A DNA stretch of 63,844 nt, filler included, from Dimargaris cristalligena (GCA_003614675.1; 20 parts of 20 records of this genome joined end to end with filler, not necessarily neighbours in it); one strand, 5' to 3'; counted from the first letter of the whole stretch, positions 12,826 to 26,125 are shown. The notes: generated by a model from the sequence alone, not told the origin. Program-made: numbers and translations.

Positions 12826-12884
12826 CCGCTGTGGCAAGGTGGAGTGCCCCCTTGATTGCCACAGGTATGAAGTATTACTATTTG
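12826..12884 (-). repeat. Repeat family D, terminal hairpin part
   Basis: Reverse complement catacctgtggcaatcaagggggcactccaccttgccacagcgg matches 29525-29569. Contains a 9-bp stem CTGTGGCAA/TTGCCACAG. Confidence 0.75.
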
Positions 12885-13224
12885 NNNNNNNNNNNNNNNN
12901 NNNNNNNNNNNNNNNNNNNNNNNNNNNNTTAATTAATTAANNNNNNNNNNNNNNNNNNNNNNNNNNNNNNNNNNNNNNNNNNNNTGGTATATAATTACAG
13001 AACATCGGGAATAGCCGATTGGCGCACATAAAATAATAGTGAACATCAAAGCTGCCTAATGGGTGTATTTTGGTATTCACAAAGGTATTGGAGTAAAGCG
13101 TGGCGGAAATATAAATACGACGATATGGTTTACCAGGAGTGAACCGTTATTGATATAGGTGTGAGTTAAATAGCGGTGGTAGCAAGTCAAGCCCATACTT
13201 GAGGGGCCGTTGGGTGAAGTGAGC

Positions 13225-13668
13225 TTAGAGCAACCAGGTAACCCAGTTCATACCCGACCGGGGGAAGTGCGCCTTGAACAGGCCGTCGGCGTAGGTAATG
13301 GTGGCCTTGTCGGTGACCGCATCGGCGGGCAGGTTGGCGACATGCTCGAAGACACCAAACTGGTTGTCAGCGAACACCCGAAGCTGCTGCTTCTCAATGT
13401 GGTAGCCGCACTTGGCCAAGTAGCGGGCATCATGCCACTTGACAGTCACGGTGACGTGGGCATCGGTGGTTTCCGTGTCAACGGCAGGGTTGAAGCACCG
13501 GTGTTTAACGACAGCGGGGTCCTCGGGCGCAGGGGGAGTGGGCTTCGCGGGCTCAGGGGCGGCGAAGAACGAGTGGGCGGGGATGGGCGATAGGGGCTCT
13601 TCCACGCGGCCGTTGGCGTTTTCGGTGACGCGGTAGAAGCGGTCGTTGAAGGGGTAGAAGGTCGACAT
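13225..13668 (-). CDS. Small heat-shock (HSP20/alpha-crystallin domain)-like protein, 147 aa
   Basis: PAVD...VTVTV and LPADAVTDKATITYADGLFKAHFPR match the alpha-crystallin C-terminal motif. Strongly GC3-biased codons start at MSTFYPF. Confidence 0.8.
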   Translation of the reverse strand: MSTFYPFNDRFYRVTENANGRVEEPLSPIPAHSFFAAPEPAKPTPPAPEDPAVVKHRCFNPAVDTETTDAHVTVTVKWHDARYLAKCGYHIEKQQLRVFADNQFGVFEHVANLPADAVTDKATITYADGLFKAHFPRSGMNWVTWLL

Positions 13669-16600
13669 TGTGGGGAACGGGTAGTGGAGGGGAGGAAGGG
13701 TGCGGGTGGGCAAGGATATGGTGGGGAAGAAGCCTGGTGAAGGAAAAGGGGAGGTGAATGATGATGTCGGAAGAGAGAAAGAAGCGAGAGATGATGATTG
13801 AGAAAATAGGGGAGAGCTGGGCCCTTGTATATATATATATATATATATTTGTAAATATATAGAAAAGGCAGGTGTGACCATTTTGCGGTACACACCTGGT
13901 GGTCACCCTCCCATTCCCACCTATTACTCTGCTCTCGTCTCATCGGCATTAATATTTAATAGCTCGAGACACTCCGCGTGACCCTGGCTTGGCGACGGTC
14001 TGGTTCTATTTTTTATATTGTCTTCTAACGAGAAGCCGCAGATCCCCTTCGATACCGTCCGCAGCCATCGGGTTCCCACCGCCTGGGCGTTGGCATCCTT
14101 CCCGTCGCCCGTTCACTGTCGGCCGACTTGCGCCCTTAGCTGCGGAGTCTGAATTACAACGGCCGCAGTCGGACCCTTCCCGGCAATATATCTTCAGGTG
14201 CGGCCATCATCTACCCAGGCAAGTGCTTTAGCTGGAACGTTCTGCCACAGCAGTGAGTCATTCCCACAGCCCGTGACCCCGTTGTTGGTCCAGTTGGGGA
14301 GAGAGAGAGCTGAACCCTCCAGAACCGCCTTTCTGGACCGGCAAATCCTTTTCGCTGATGGTGCGAATCCACACGGGCCACGGCGCTTTGTCCATGCGGC
14401 AATAGCAACAGCCGCGTTACAGATTCTCTAGCAATACTAAGCCCATTTCGGCCACTGGAAAAATGCCGTGGCTATTTAGGTGGTTAGTAAAGTTGTTTGG
14501 GCAGCGAAAGGCAGGCAGCGGCTAATCGTGTTCCCAGCGGACCTCAGTAATAGAGAAATACACGCCGCATGATTCCAATAGACCCGGTAGGGAGACTCAC
14601 ATAAGTAGGAGTGGTCACTATGTTTGGGTCAACAGATTAGTTTGCATTTTCATATCCTAAGTTGGCCATATCCCCAGTGTTAGACCGCTATGTCGATGGT
14701 GCTTAGTAGGCCGCCCCGCGCCCCAGTCGTCTATAGTCACCCCTATCCCTGTCGATAAGCATGTCTGGCTCCAGCCCGGTATATTTTCCTCAACTCCGAG
14801 TACTTCCCTGCCGCCTACCGTTTCAGCGCACCCTCTACAGTTAAGTCTTACTAGGTACACCCGTATCCCCCCCAACCACGACTTCCAACTCCGCTGAGGG
14901 CTGCCTATCAGGTTGGTGGCTATCGGCACATGGGCAACCAGTGGGGTTTTCGCCGTGGGTTAATTTCCCCCAATCTGCTTTCTCGCCTGACCGACCAACC
15001 CCACCCAGTTGTTCAGTAGTTTCTTCAATGGGGGATGTTCACGCTCCTATGTTTTTCAACCCACCTGGTGGTTTATGTGAAACTCCGCTCTGGCTTTACT
15101 AAAAGCCGGTCTAACAAGGGCTGGAGTGCTATCATTGTCGCCGAGTATAATGTCCAACAGCAATAACTAGTATTCTGGTCGAGGCCGGTTTAGGATTATC
15201 TATATATAGATTATTATTTTTTGGAGAATGAGCTGCTTGGTCAGCTCTCTACCAGCCGTTCTAATGTGAATGTTTTTCGAGGCCAGGTGGCAGCCCCATT
15301 GAACTTTTGAAAGGCGCTGGCTTGGTAAGCCAGCCAGCCACAGCTATATAACCACCACCCTCCCCCATTTCAATACTTGTTTTACTAAGAAATCCAGACC
15401 TGCTATTATTTTATTTTCAAGGGAAATATTGCCCTAAAAACAACCACAAAAATATCAGCATTGGCTTCTCATTATTCGATTGTTTTGGGTATGGCCACAA
15501 CATAGACAGTACATTTGAAGTACATTAATTATCAAGTTCCCCTACTCAATCTCACCTGTTGATTCTGGAATATATACACTACAATGCTTAGTCCTTTAGC
15601 CTTGTAATACGCTGGGTAGCTGACGACGGATTGCCTAAAAACCCAATATATACAATTCACCGCGTCTCTTCTTATGTTTGTCAATTTGAGTGATTTTATT
15701 TTACACCTGCCTACCCCCTGAAATAATATCAGGCTGGTCTAAACACCTGCCGATCTTTGTCCTTTTAATAAACTGTAATATTGAATGTTGTACTGGGCTC
15801 TAACTCTCTTTCAGACCGAACTGGTATTGGTGCGACGGGACACCAACTGTCCGAAATATACTATTTTCGTCAAGTTAGACGAGCCAAACTTAAAATTGCC
15901 TGGACTTATGGCTATTGGACAATCCCACCAATGTAAATGACCAATGCCATAACACAAACGCAAGTCTTGGAGAGTATATATAATTACAGTGATAAAATAA
16001 TAATAAATATTTAGCTATATAGTGCTGAATTAAACTGATCCTAAGTAGCATTTGTACTGCCGGAACCCGAGAGAATAATTATGGAGGTGTCCACACGTTC
16101 ATCAANNNNNNNNNNNNNNNNNNNNNNNNNNNNNNNNNNNNNNNNNNNNTTAATTAATTAANNNNNNNNNNNNNNNNNNNNNNNNNNNNNNNNNNNNNNN
16201 NNNNNATGCAAGGGTGTAACTGTAGAATGCGCAAGGATCACATGACGAAGGTCGCAACTAATTTGTCTTGTGAAGAGGATAATCCATCCCGACTCATGTC
16301 AGTACAGGTACACCTCTCTACCATTTGCTTCCTGTTTTGCATTCCGATTTCAAGCCCCCTCCCCCAATATGACATACAATAACATTCAACCATATGTGGC
16401 AGTGGTACAGTTGGGGCGGCAAAAAGTGGCTAATAATAATGAAAGTTTTCATGGTCAACCCTGTGGCTTGAGTTTACTAAGGGTCATTATATAAGTGCTT
16501 TAGGGAAGCCTCTATTAATATGGATTAATTGGTTGATGAGATTCCCATCCTGGCCAGATAAAATATGATTGTTGTATACACACGTCCGCACCTTATCTAT

Positions 16601-17050
16601 GATTGGAGGAATTCCATTAGTGAAATTACACTGATGCTAAAAAATGGAGGAACCATTTCTTTTATCTAGTCTGTGATTGTGCAAGTGGTAAAATTAAGTA
16701 TATAATAGAAATATCCAGCCTAAGCTCTTTGGTGGTTAGCATTGACTTATTTGCATGATTGTTTTAATCTGTAATGCCTGTACCACCACTACAAGCACTG
16801 TAAGATCCCAAAGTCCTATCACTAGCCAAGCCCCCCTGCTAAAATGCATGGTAGGGGATCACATGTACAACCAGCAAGTCTGGATACCTGTAAAATAGGC
16901 TAGCCCAGGGCCAATGATCAGAAGTTTTTTACAATACCTGGCTATAAATTTTTGATAAGAGCACCCTCTCTGTGTCAATTTTCCTAGTGACTATCCTCTA
17001 GTTTGTATTAGCCCTGTTGATCAGTAGTTATTACCCCCCTCTTTTCTTTC

Positions 17051-17634
17051 TGATACCCAGGTTATCCACTCTTATTCCATCAAGAGTCTGATGGGTAGGC
17101 TTCTAATGGTAGGTGGGGATTAGCCTTGGCCAAGTGGGCTACTAATATTAGGGACAGGGCAGTACTAACCAAGTAAAGGCCTCTGCAGTCAGCTATGCAA
17201 GAGTTGTGTAGTGGTGCACACTTACTGGTTAGTTCAAGGGGGTGAGTGTATATAGAGTTTATTAGGGGTAAACTAAAGAGGGAATAATAAGCTAAGGAAT
17301 CTAACCAGCCCCAGTGGGGGCCAGTTATATATATGCAGGGGGTAACTCCAAATGGAGGTCCCCAGAAGAAGGTATTACTATAGTTACTGATGGGTAAAAT
17401 ACCTAACAGGAGGGTATAGGGGTATGGAAGACTTGGCTGGGAACTGAAATAGTTATTAGATCAGCCCAGGAGTGATTTGATGGAACTCTAAGGTCTAGAA
17501 AGAGAAGGGCTATATAGTATAGAATAATCCTATAGTACTGGGGGTGACTGTGGGAAGGTAAGTATGGCACTAAAAGGCCTAATATAGCCAGTGCATCATT
17601 ATGTCCAGATTATGCTAGATTGGACGGGCTGCCA
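17051..17634 (-). repeat. Solo-LTR-like family A
   Basis: Reverse complement of 26930-27510. Minus-strand termini are TGGCAG...GTATCA. Confidence 0.85.
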
Positions 17635-17680
17635 AATAGTATAAAATTTGATCAGATAGCTGAGTGTAAAAAAAATATAA

Positions 17681-17893
17681 AAAGTTATTCATCTTAAAAA
17701 ACTTATTTTGTTAAGAGAGGGGAAAGAAAATAAATTCTGCAAAAATATTACTTTCCCCAAAGTAGGAAGGAAAAAATTTCTCTAGAAAATTTGTTTCTCT
17801 ATCTTTCTTCTTCTTTTATTCCTCCCTATTAGCTAATCCTAATAGTTTATTATATTTTTATAGTCAAAATTTGTCTCTACTATGTTCTTTACA
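17681..17893 (+). repeat. Dispersed repeat family E (double hairpin, ends ttctttaCA)
   Basis: Colinear with 40085-40298. Confidence 0.8.
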
Positions 17894-17901
17894 GATATGC
17901 A

Positions 17902-18488
17902 TATTACCTAGGTTATCCACTCTTAATCAATTAAGAGACCCAGGGGTAGGCTTCTAACAGTAGGTGGGGCTTAGGCTTAGCCAAGTGGGCTACTAGCATT
18001 AGGTATGGGCATGGTACTAACCAAATAAAGGCTAGTGTGGTTGGTTATATAAGGGACTTGCAGTGGTGTATACTTACTGGTTAGTACAAATGGGTGGGCA
18101 TATAAAAGGAGTTTATTGGGAGTAAACTAAGGGATATGAATAAGCTTAGGATCCTAACCAGTTCCAAGGGGGCCTAGTTATATATATATGGGGACAACTC
18201 CAAAGGGAGGTCCCTAAGTGAAAGTACTATGTAACTAAGGTATTGATAATTGGGCCAGCTTGATAGTCCTTATATCCAGAAGACTCTTATGAGAACCAGC
18301 AGAGTCTTCTGATTGACAGTAGAGTAATTAGTGCAAATACTGGGGGGGGTCCAGCCAGGGGGTTGTATATGATAAATGATGGCCCCATAGTACTGGGGGT
18401 AACCATGGGGGGTTTAGTTTAGTATTATTAGGCCTGATATAGCAGGTGATCATCTAGTCTGGATTAGGTTGGATTAGGAGGGCTGATG
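17902..18488 (-). repeat. Solo-LTR-like family A
   Basis: Second copy in the same orientation, 270 bp from the first. Colinear along its whole length. Confidence 0.85.
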
Positions 18489-21400
18489 CTATTAATGATA
18501 ATTAAGGAGTATTGGGGTGGAGAGTTAAAGGGAGTATCCCATTAAATATAAATTCACAAAGTAGTATTTTTTTATCCCACAGGAAGAAATAGTTCTTTTT
18601 TAAGATGTAGATATCATTTCATATAGGATGTTTTCAAAATTAGACTGACAGGATCAAGTTAGAAATAATATGCATAATTAGATAAAGTTCAGCTAATTAC
18701 CAACAGTATTTTTGTAGTAAGACCATGCTGACTTCCTCTGATATCCATCACCACAGCTCAATACAATGGTACTAGATTATTAATATGAGAGAGTTTCAGT
18801 ACATCTGTATAATGGAGAATATATTAATTATAGTTGGTAATTCCAGTCAAATAGAAACACCCTACCTATTTGACCATACACGCTATTTAAGATCCTATAT
18901 AGCTTAGCTGATTTTTACCTATACAGTACAAGGGAACTCACCAGTAGGCAAAACTAATAATTGGGCGATTTTAGATGGTGAGTAGGGGGGCTGGCCGTGT
19001 ACATAAAAATTATAACTATCGACAATGGTCGAAAATAGGGTTGTAATATGAATGCTAAATAGGACCCAATGAGGCCAAATAGTCATAGTGCCCGTTGAAT
19101 TGGGGCGGGACTGCTTGGCGGTTGCATGGTGGGGGTGATTACGAAGCTGTGTACTGGGTAAGGCATTCCCATCAGTAAAACTAAGTGACATCTTGGGTTC
19201 TGAAGTGTCCAGTACTGTCTGGTGGCTACAGAGCGAATTGGAGAAAAGAAAGGAATAGGGAAAATGGAAAATAGTGAGAGCTGCACAAGGTACAGCTTCT
19301 CATGTTATTTATTATGCCTTTANNNNNNNNNNNNNNNNNNNNNNNNNNNNNNNNNNNNNNNNNNNNTTAATTAATTAANNNNNNNNNNNNNNNNNNNNNN
19401 NNNNNNNNNNNNNNNNNNNNNNATATTCACCCATACACGTATTATGAATAACATTATACAGCTGGTTTGAATTTCACCCATATGTTGTTTTGGGAGATGG
19501 TTCTGTGGCCAAGTATTGCCGTGGCCTTGATCTTGGCGCTGGAGTATGTTGGTGAGGTTGGCAGGATGCCACTTTAGGCATTGGCAAAGGGAGTACAGCA
19601 CCTCCAAAAATGTAACTACTTCCGTTTCAAGCACCACTCGCAAGTAGTTTCGGCAATTCATGCCATAGACTGCGGGTTGACCAAGGCTTGCGGCCCGCCT
19701 TTACGCTAGAGTGACAGTATGAGGAAATACTAGCATAATAGTCGAATGTCATCGCTATGTGTAACCACCACATGTGGTCGAGGTGAAGACCCTTGTTTCC
19801 TGTTTACCGCATGAACTGAGTTTTGGTATACTTTATGAAGTGACCTACGCTTAGCCCTGACCACATCGCAATACCGGTGGCGTTCAATAGCGATGCATTA
19901 TCGTTATACTTTCCACATTTTACCACAACATTCTACCGCATTATGCTTTTCGGCTAAAGGCCTGAATCCCAGGACCTGGTACACGTACGAGGCACGCTGG
20001 TAAGACAAAAGCACATTTCATCAGAAATAGGAGAGACGGTATGGCCTATGCACATGGTGGATTTGCTTTCTTGAAAATGGATATCTTCCACTCTAAAAAC
20101 CGGGGATGGGGGGTTTATCTTGTGGGTGATATTAGCTATGATAAATGGGTCTTTCTAGCAGTGTATATAGCAGCACCCATTTTGAAACAAATGCGGCCAT
20201 ACATTCTTTAGATTGTATATTCTTGGTGAAGAACCACGATATATTGCGCGGTGGGCAACATGAGCATGACTGAAGAATGTCCGTTGGTATTCTAGATATG
20301 AATGGTTTATGAGGAATTAGAGGCTGCTATTATACACGGGCCCTTGCAGTTTCGTCAGTAGTCTCCATACCGGATTCACATTAAGTCTAGGGTGGGGTGC
20401 CGTAGCAATGTCCCCAAAAAAGGGACTGTGTAGAATGGCCGCATAACGTCTAGTAATGTAGCACGCTTACTTAGTCTGCGTCATTTGCTTCTATCCATTG
20501 GCACATTGGGCTTCGAATAGACATAGGGGCTGGCGAATAAAATATACCATCCCATCGGTGGCTTATTCCAACATGTGGGAAGGCTGACTAGGGCGGCTGG
20601 CCGATCCTAAAGTATAACTTTGTGTGCTAGCTTCAATAAGCGCAATGGTTCCACAGCTTCATACCAATGTCATTAGGTTTAGCAGGGTATTTAAAAATCA
20701 AGTTGGATGTGAGACTGGTGGTTACAGTTGGGGCTGAACTGTAAAGCAAGGTGCTGAATACTACCAGGCTACCGCATTTTGGGTTGCCTGGTAGCTAGGC
20801 TGGCAGTTTTAGCTAGCCAAATTTACAGACGGATACACTTGTTGTGGTAACTGGCTATTCTAATACCAAAACAGAGTCCACACGGCCGGATTTCCTAATA
20901 TAGCACTAGGTGCCTTCTCCAGTGGTACATGTTAATACGCAACAATAGAAAGTGAAAAATTATCCAGAGATGAGGTGCCTTGGGCAAAGCCGGAGGTGAG
21001 TTCAGAAAAGTCTATAAGGATAGACAAATGATATATTGTAGCAAGGGGGCTGGGTGGAGGAGTAATTAGATATTCTAGTTATTTTACGATTAAATACTCG
21101 ACTCGACGTGATATGTAGCATTCTCCATTAATTGTCAACTTCTTTTGCCTGTCTATTAAGGCTGTAACTGTTCGCCACCGTCTCGGAGGATAATTACAGT
21201 GCGGGAAATCTGTCATTTGGTTCTATTGGTGGGGACCGGCGATTGTCTGGGTATTGAGTGACTGGCCTCATCTGGCAGCTGCAATACAAGCTAAACAATA
21301 AACGGGCTGAGACCGAAGAATATAATAATATATCGGGATGTCACTGGAGGGGGGGGTCGAACAAGAAGACTGGTGGAGGTACTGGAGGATATCCACTAGT

Positions 21401-22835
21401 GTCTGGGCGACTGATGGGAGTTGTAAGTCTCTTCACATCAATGGTGGAGGGCAACACGGGAGCCTGCTACTTGGTTACCAGGTCGGTTAATATGTCCTCA
21501 TGATATCCGGTGTTATTATTAGAAAAATACTGTGGTTTGCTCAGTTGTCAAGTGGGAGGAGCGGCTAGGCTAGATTAGGGCCTGGGCAGGATGGGCTGTA
21601 TTGCCCTACACAGCATAACTCATTTAGGAACAAAAAAACATTATTTATTTACTATTAAACCTATCAGATACAGACTATACAACTCGATGTATCAGATGGG
21701 ACAGAATTCACTATATAGTCCAATTTAACCTTATAATAATGGTATTTGTAAGCTGACCCCATCTAATTTACGCTGCTATAGGATTTGACTGACAATTAAA
21801 TTTCACTTTATTGAAAAACCTGACCACCACGTTAACTCCTAACCCTTCGCAAATAGTATTGCAATAGTTGATCGAAATTGAAAATGGCAAGTCGAACACT
21901 AGAATTTCTAAGATCCTGAATTTAAATTAGCTCTACCATCCCAGATTAAATCTTAGGATCATACTAAGTGATTGGCACTGTGAAGCTGTGGCTTAAGTCC
22001 CGTTAGTTGGTTATTGATTATGGCTAACATCACACATATATACATACTCCAATGCATGAGTAGGTCCAACAATGAATATATTGTAAAATACAAGGGGAAC
22101 AAAGCAAGTCGGGCAGTAACAATATTTAACACATTAGCTGCCCTGAGCCACTTCTTCTGCGTACGTAAAAGGGTCGCTGTAATCAAGTTTACACCCACTC
22201 GATTGGTTGCAGTATAGTTTCGGCAAAAGGGAGCTATCACCCTGGTCAGCAGCAACGCCGTCTCCAACAGTTACCACCAATGGGGACATTGGGTTACTTT
22301 GTTGGAATTATACATTTGATGGTAATCATAAGTACCTCCAAATCCAACTTAAAGGTCTTAAAGAGAGCAATAATCTCAAGGGGCGAAGCAAAATATACTT
22401 GATTAGTTTTATTGAGTTAGATAAAAGCAGTTATCAAGTTAAAAATGATGTCCAGAGTATAGGACAAACCAGCCAGAGAGATGGAATTAGTAGGAAGGGG
22501 GAAATGAATTTCCAACACAATTACCATACCTNNNNNNNNNNNNNNNNNNNNNNNNNNNNNNNNNNNNNNNNNNNNTTAATTAATTAANNNNNNNNNNNNN
22601 NNNNNNNNNNNNNNNNNNNNNNNNNNNNNNNCAAAGGGTTACACAGTGGAGTATCACTCTGGTATGACCACGGGCTGGGGGACGTCAGCCATGGGCAGGT
22701 CCGAGACTGGCCTAAAATGGTGCCCCTATCCTGCTCATCCGTGTAATTAAGGGATGTTGCCAAGTGCGTGTGTGTGTGTGTGTAGGAGGGAGGGGGTGGC
22801 GTGACCGCCAAGGTAATAATGAAGGGACCACTTAC

Positions 22836-23605
22836 TTGATAGCGTCGGGGAGTTCTACGGAAAGCGCATTAGTTACTTCTTGAAGACCGGACGTATAGTA
22901 CCGGTAGGCCTGGGGAAGGGCCTTCTTGCGCTCCATAGCGAGGGCCCGCTCAACGACTTTATAGGCCAAGTCGTGGTAGTGCGAAAAGCGCAAGAGCGGG
23001 TCGCTAGTAGAGGGAGGGGCTGGGTCGTTGGGGGTGGGTGAGGCGGAAGCCGCGGGGGCGGACCTGGCCGGGGTGACCGGAGTAGGCCGGCGGGTGGAAA
23101 ACATAGTGGGTGACAGGACAAGTTCAGCAGACGCAGGAGGCGGAAAGTATTCAGAAGAGCGCAGAGAATCTAGGGCCTGCGAAAGGGCGACGGTAAGGGC
23201 GCACGGCGAGGTATTAATCTGGAGTTTTTTGGCCTGTGGACGCTGGAGAGTCGAAGGGCTACCGGCGGTCGGCGACTGTGGTGTGATGGCCTTGGCGAGT
23301 GATGCTGAAGAGGAAGACGAAGAGGGGGGAGGTATGGTAGCAGAGTCGGAGTGGGTCGGGGTTATGGGGGTGGGAGGGTTAGGGGGACGACTGGGCGGTC
23401 GGCGCAGCAAGGGGTAAAACGAATAAATGGAGGCAGCGAATAGAGCCGTGACAGTGGCCCAAAAAAGCAGAGGGCGCGAGGAGGGCAGAAGGAGCAGAGA
23501 GACCACGGAGGGGGCGGTTGGTTCAGGGGGAATATAAGTAGTGAGGTCGTTGGCTTCGGCAGTCCAAGCAGAGGAGCCGAGCAAGAAATTGATACCAAGC
23601 GACAT
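22836..23605 (-). CDS. Spastin-like MIT-domain protein, exon 1 (3' partial)
   Basis: Hydrophobic segment LLFWATVTALFAASIYSFYPLL, a P/S-rich linker, then an MIT helix bundle HDLAYKVVERALAMER...AYRYYTSGLQEVTNALSV. Ends at a GTAAGT donor. No AAA domain on this contig. Confidence 0.7.
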
Positions 23606-24441
23606 TCTCGATAGGTCTATAAATAAACCCTCGGATAATTAAAATGCGGCAGGGGGAAACGGGGGGGGACTATCAATAGGCCAACAATAAAAGGGAAAGG
23701 AGAAAAGAAAATGCTGAAGAAAGACGAGAGGAGAGTGCTCGAGAGATAGACGATAATGGGCTGGAGGGACTGAGCTACAAAAGAATCGGGAGGATATGCA
23801 CCACAACAAGCAAAAGCGAATCCGTAAAGCCCAATAACAACGAGAGCGAGTGGGTTAAGAGACCTGCCGGATGGGCTGTCCTACTGACTGTGAGAAGATG
23901 GAAATAGAGAACCCGCTGAATGGTGATGATCAGAAGCGAGAACTCCTGTTACACAGGCCCACCTGCCCCAGTTATATACCCCTATTGATGCCCTGGTGGG
24001 TGGCTGTATGCGCATATGCATGTCATATCGTATCTATTAATATCTTCAAATGGATGCTCAGCGGAGGCTGTAGTTCTTTCCATACACGCCTGTATGCATG
24101 TATGCATATAGACACATACAAATGGAGGAGAATCAAGCGGAGCCGGAAATCCGCCTTGGCACATAGTTTTCGTCATTTGATTCGTCCGGTCAGCCTAGTT
24201 CCGCTCCCATCCATCGCTACAGGTATTTTTAAGCCGTCCAATCCCCCTGCCTGTTCCTCGTGGGTGGTTCCTGTCGATGCCTGGTTAGGGAAGGAGAGGA
24301 GTTCCTTCTCACCACACATTTCACCCTGACCTCATTCACTTATTCCAGCTCCGTTTCATTCGGCCCATTCCCTCTAGTTGTTTTAAGTGTTACACCCCTC
24401 CCCAATCAAATAGTATACTGTTACCCTATCTCCAGCCAAAC

Positions 24442-24816
24442 ATGGTCAGGCCGACATCTCCCACCACCCCGGCCTCCCAGCCAACCGGCCCTCCACCCCC
24501 GTCTCCGTTTGTCTGGAATTTCGCCGCGGTCACTGCTGACCTCTTGGCTGCCGAGGCCGCTTCCCAGCCTGTCGCGTCCCACCTCCCCAATCCCCAACAA
24601 CCCCGTCCCGTTGATTTAGGCCAAGACCTAGACCCGAAAGCCATCGCCCAGGACCCTGACCACGCCGTCTTGCTCGCTCGCTATTATTTAACCACGCGGG
24701 CTCAGGTGGAACAGGACTCGAAAACCTTGCCATTGGTCCAGGCCGACCTAGACCACCTTCAAAACGACTTGGACGATATTCGCGCCCTATTAGTTGAGCG
24801 GGAATCAACTGCTTGA
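24442..24816 (+). CDS. Hypothetical 124-aa protein with a C-terminal coiled coil
   Basis: ATG in good context (aaacATGg), coding-like GC3 bias, heptad pattern VQADLDHLQNDLDDIRALL. Divergent from the spastin-like gene. Confidence 0.65.
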   Translation: MVRPTSPTTPASQPTGPPPPSPFVWNFAAVTADLLAAEAASQPVASHLPNPQQPRPVDLGQDLDPKAIAQDPDHAVLLARYYLTTRAQVEQDSKTLPLVQADLDHLQNDLDDIRALLVERESTA

Positions 24817-25667
24817 TACTATCTGGCAGGTGTAATTATGTCCCCACTGCTAGACTGTAACCAATGGGTGGACTCTAACCCGGTGGCCCTCGTTTATTGA
24901 TATAATATGTATTATAGTTGGGATCATTTACCCACTGCCTCCTCATCAATGTTTTAAATCGGCCCGCTCTTTACTACCCTACTAGCAAAACACTATATTA
25001 TTTTATCCTATTACCTCTATTATGCATTATTTTATTAAAGGTTAAATTGCCCATTCTATTTTGCTAAACGTCCGATTGCTTCCTTTAATGCTCATATACG
25101 GGCCCCGCACACTGACCCATGTGTTCATTTTCTTTTCAGTTCGGAGCAACTACTTCACCCTTAAGTCGCTAACCTTTAGGAGACCTCATTTCTTGGGTGC
25201 TAGATGGGCTCCCCACGGCTATACTTACCCTCCAATCGGATAGACAATTTCCCGCAAATAACAGATTGCCCAACTGCTATTGACATAATTAACTCGAGAT
25301 ATCCTTTTCATAAGATCAATAATGCCGACTAAAGGCTTGCTATATACCTTAGTCACCAATCTATGGATAGTTAAAGGGCTATAAATCGAACTCATTCGCT
25401 ATAGGTAGGTATCTATCAAATACGCCCATGTCTAACTCGCAGGTCTCTCATTAATGTATCTATAAATAGTTTGGTGTCGACGAGGTGTATAGTTTCAACC
25501 GGAGTTAAAGCGCTTTGACCAATTGTTTACTTGAAATTAGTCTTGACATAGATTTCAATTTGCTAATCAACCCATGGAAATATACATCTTGTCGGGTGGC
25601 ATCCATAGTGCCAAAGGAAATGCCTGGATAAACTACTCACTTATGTTTAAGTCCGGAAGTTACTAAT

Positions 25668-25740
25668 TGTCGTGCTTAATAATCTATAGGATTAAAGCCG
25701 ACTAACTATGAAGGACTAGGCACCATCATCGCCTAGTTCT
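25668..25740 (+). repeat. LTR-terminus-like repeat, family B
   Basis: Reverse complement of 6518-6590. Starts TG and runs to the contig end. Confidence 0.8.
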
Positions 25741-25840
25741 NNNNNNNNNNNNNNNNNNNNNNNNNNNNNNNNNNNNNNNNNNNNTTAATTAATTAANNNN
25801 NNNNNNNNNNNNNNNNNNNNNNNNNNNNNNNNNNNNNNNN

Positions 25841-25897
25841 ATCTATCTTTTCAAATAAAGTTCAGTTTTCAAGGATTTGATTTCAGTTCTTTACATA
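25841..25897 (+). repeat. LTR 3'-end-like repeat, family F
   Basis: Nearly identical to 41850-41906. Contains AATAAA and ends ttctttaCA. Both copies sit at contig starts. Confidence 0.8.
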
Positions 25898-25900
25898 TGT

Positions 25901-26125
25901 ACTGCCTACACTGTGGCATATACAAAAACTAATAAAATATTATTCATTTCTTTATACTTGTGGTTTGCATTAAAAAGCCCACCATTTTCTTCCTTGCATT
26001 TATAAGTCCAACCTGTTTTTTGGTGGATTCCTTATCATTCCATTTTATTCTATTCTTGACCTTCCTTCTACATTCCTTCTCTTATATCCAGCAGCCCCTA
26101 AGGCCTACAGGATGGTTGCATAAGT
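25901..26125 (+). repeat. Dispersed repeat family C, CpG-depleted copy
   Basis: Reverse-complement homolog of 6591-6815 with CpG replaced by TpG or CpA. Confidence 0.8.

Noticed and set aside
15814-15941. Possible exon after a CTAAC...TTCAG acceptor
   Set aside because: Two frames are open, with no recognisable product and no convincing upstream exon.
20041-20211. Short ORF with IFHSKNRGWGV resembling a SET-domain start
   Set aside because: 56 codons, no downstream SET motifs found, and stops on both sides. At best an unidentifiable relic.
21959-22531. Stop-interrupted protein-like frames on the minus strand
   Set aside because: Possibly a decayed gene, but no recognisable family motif.
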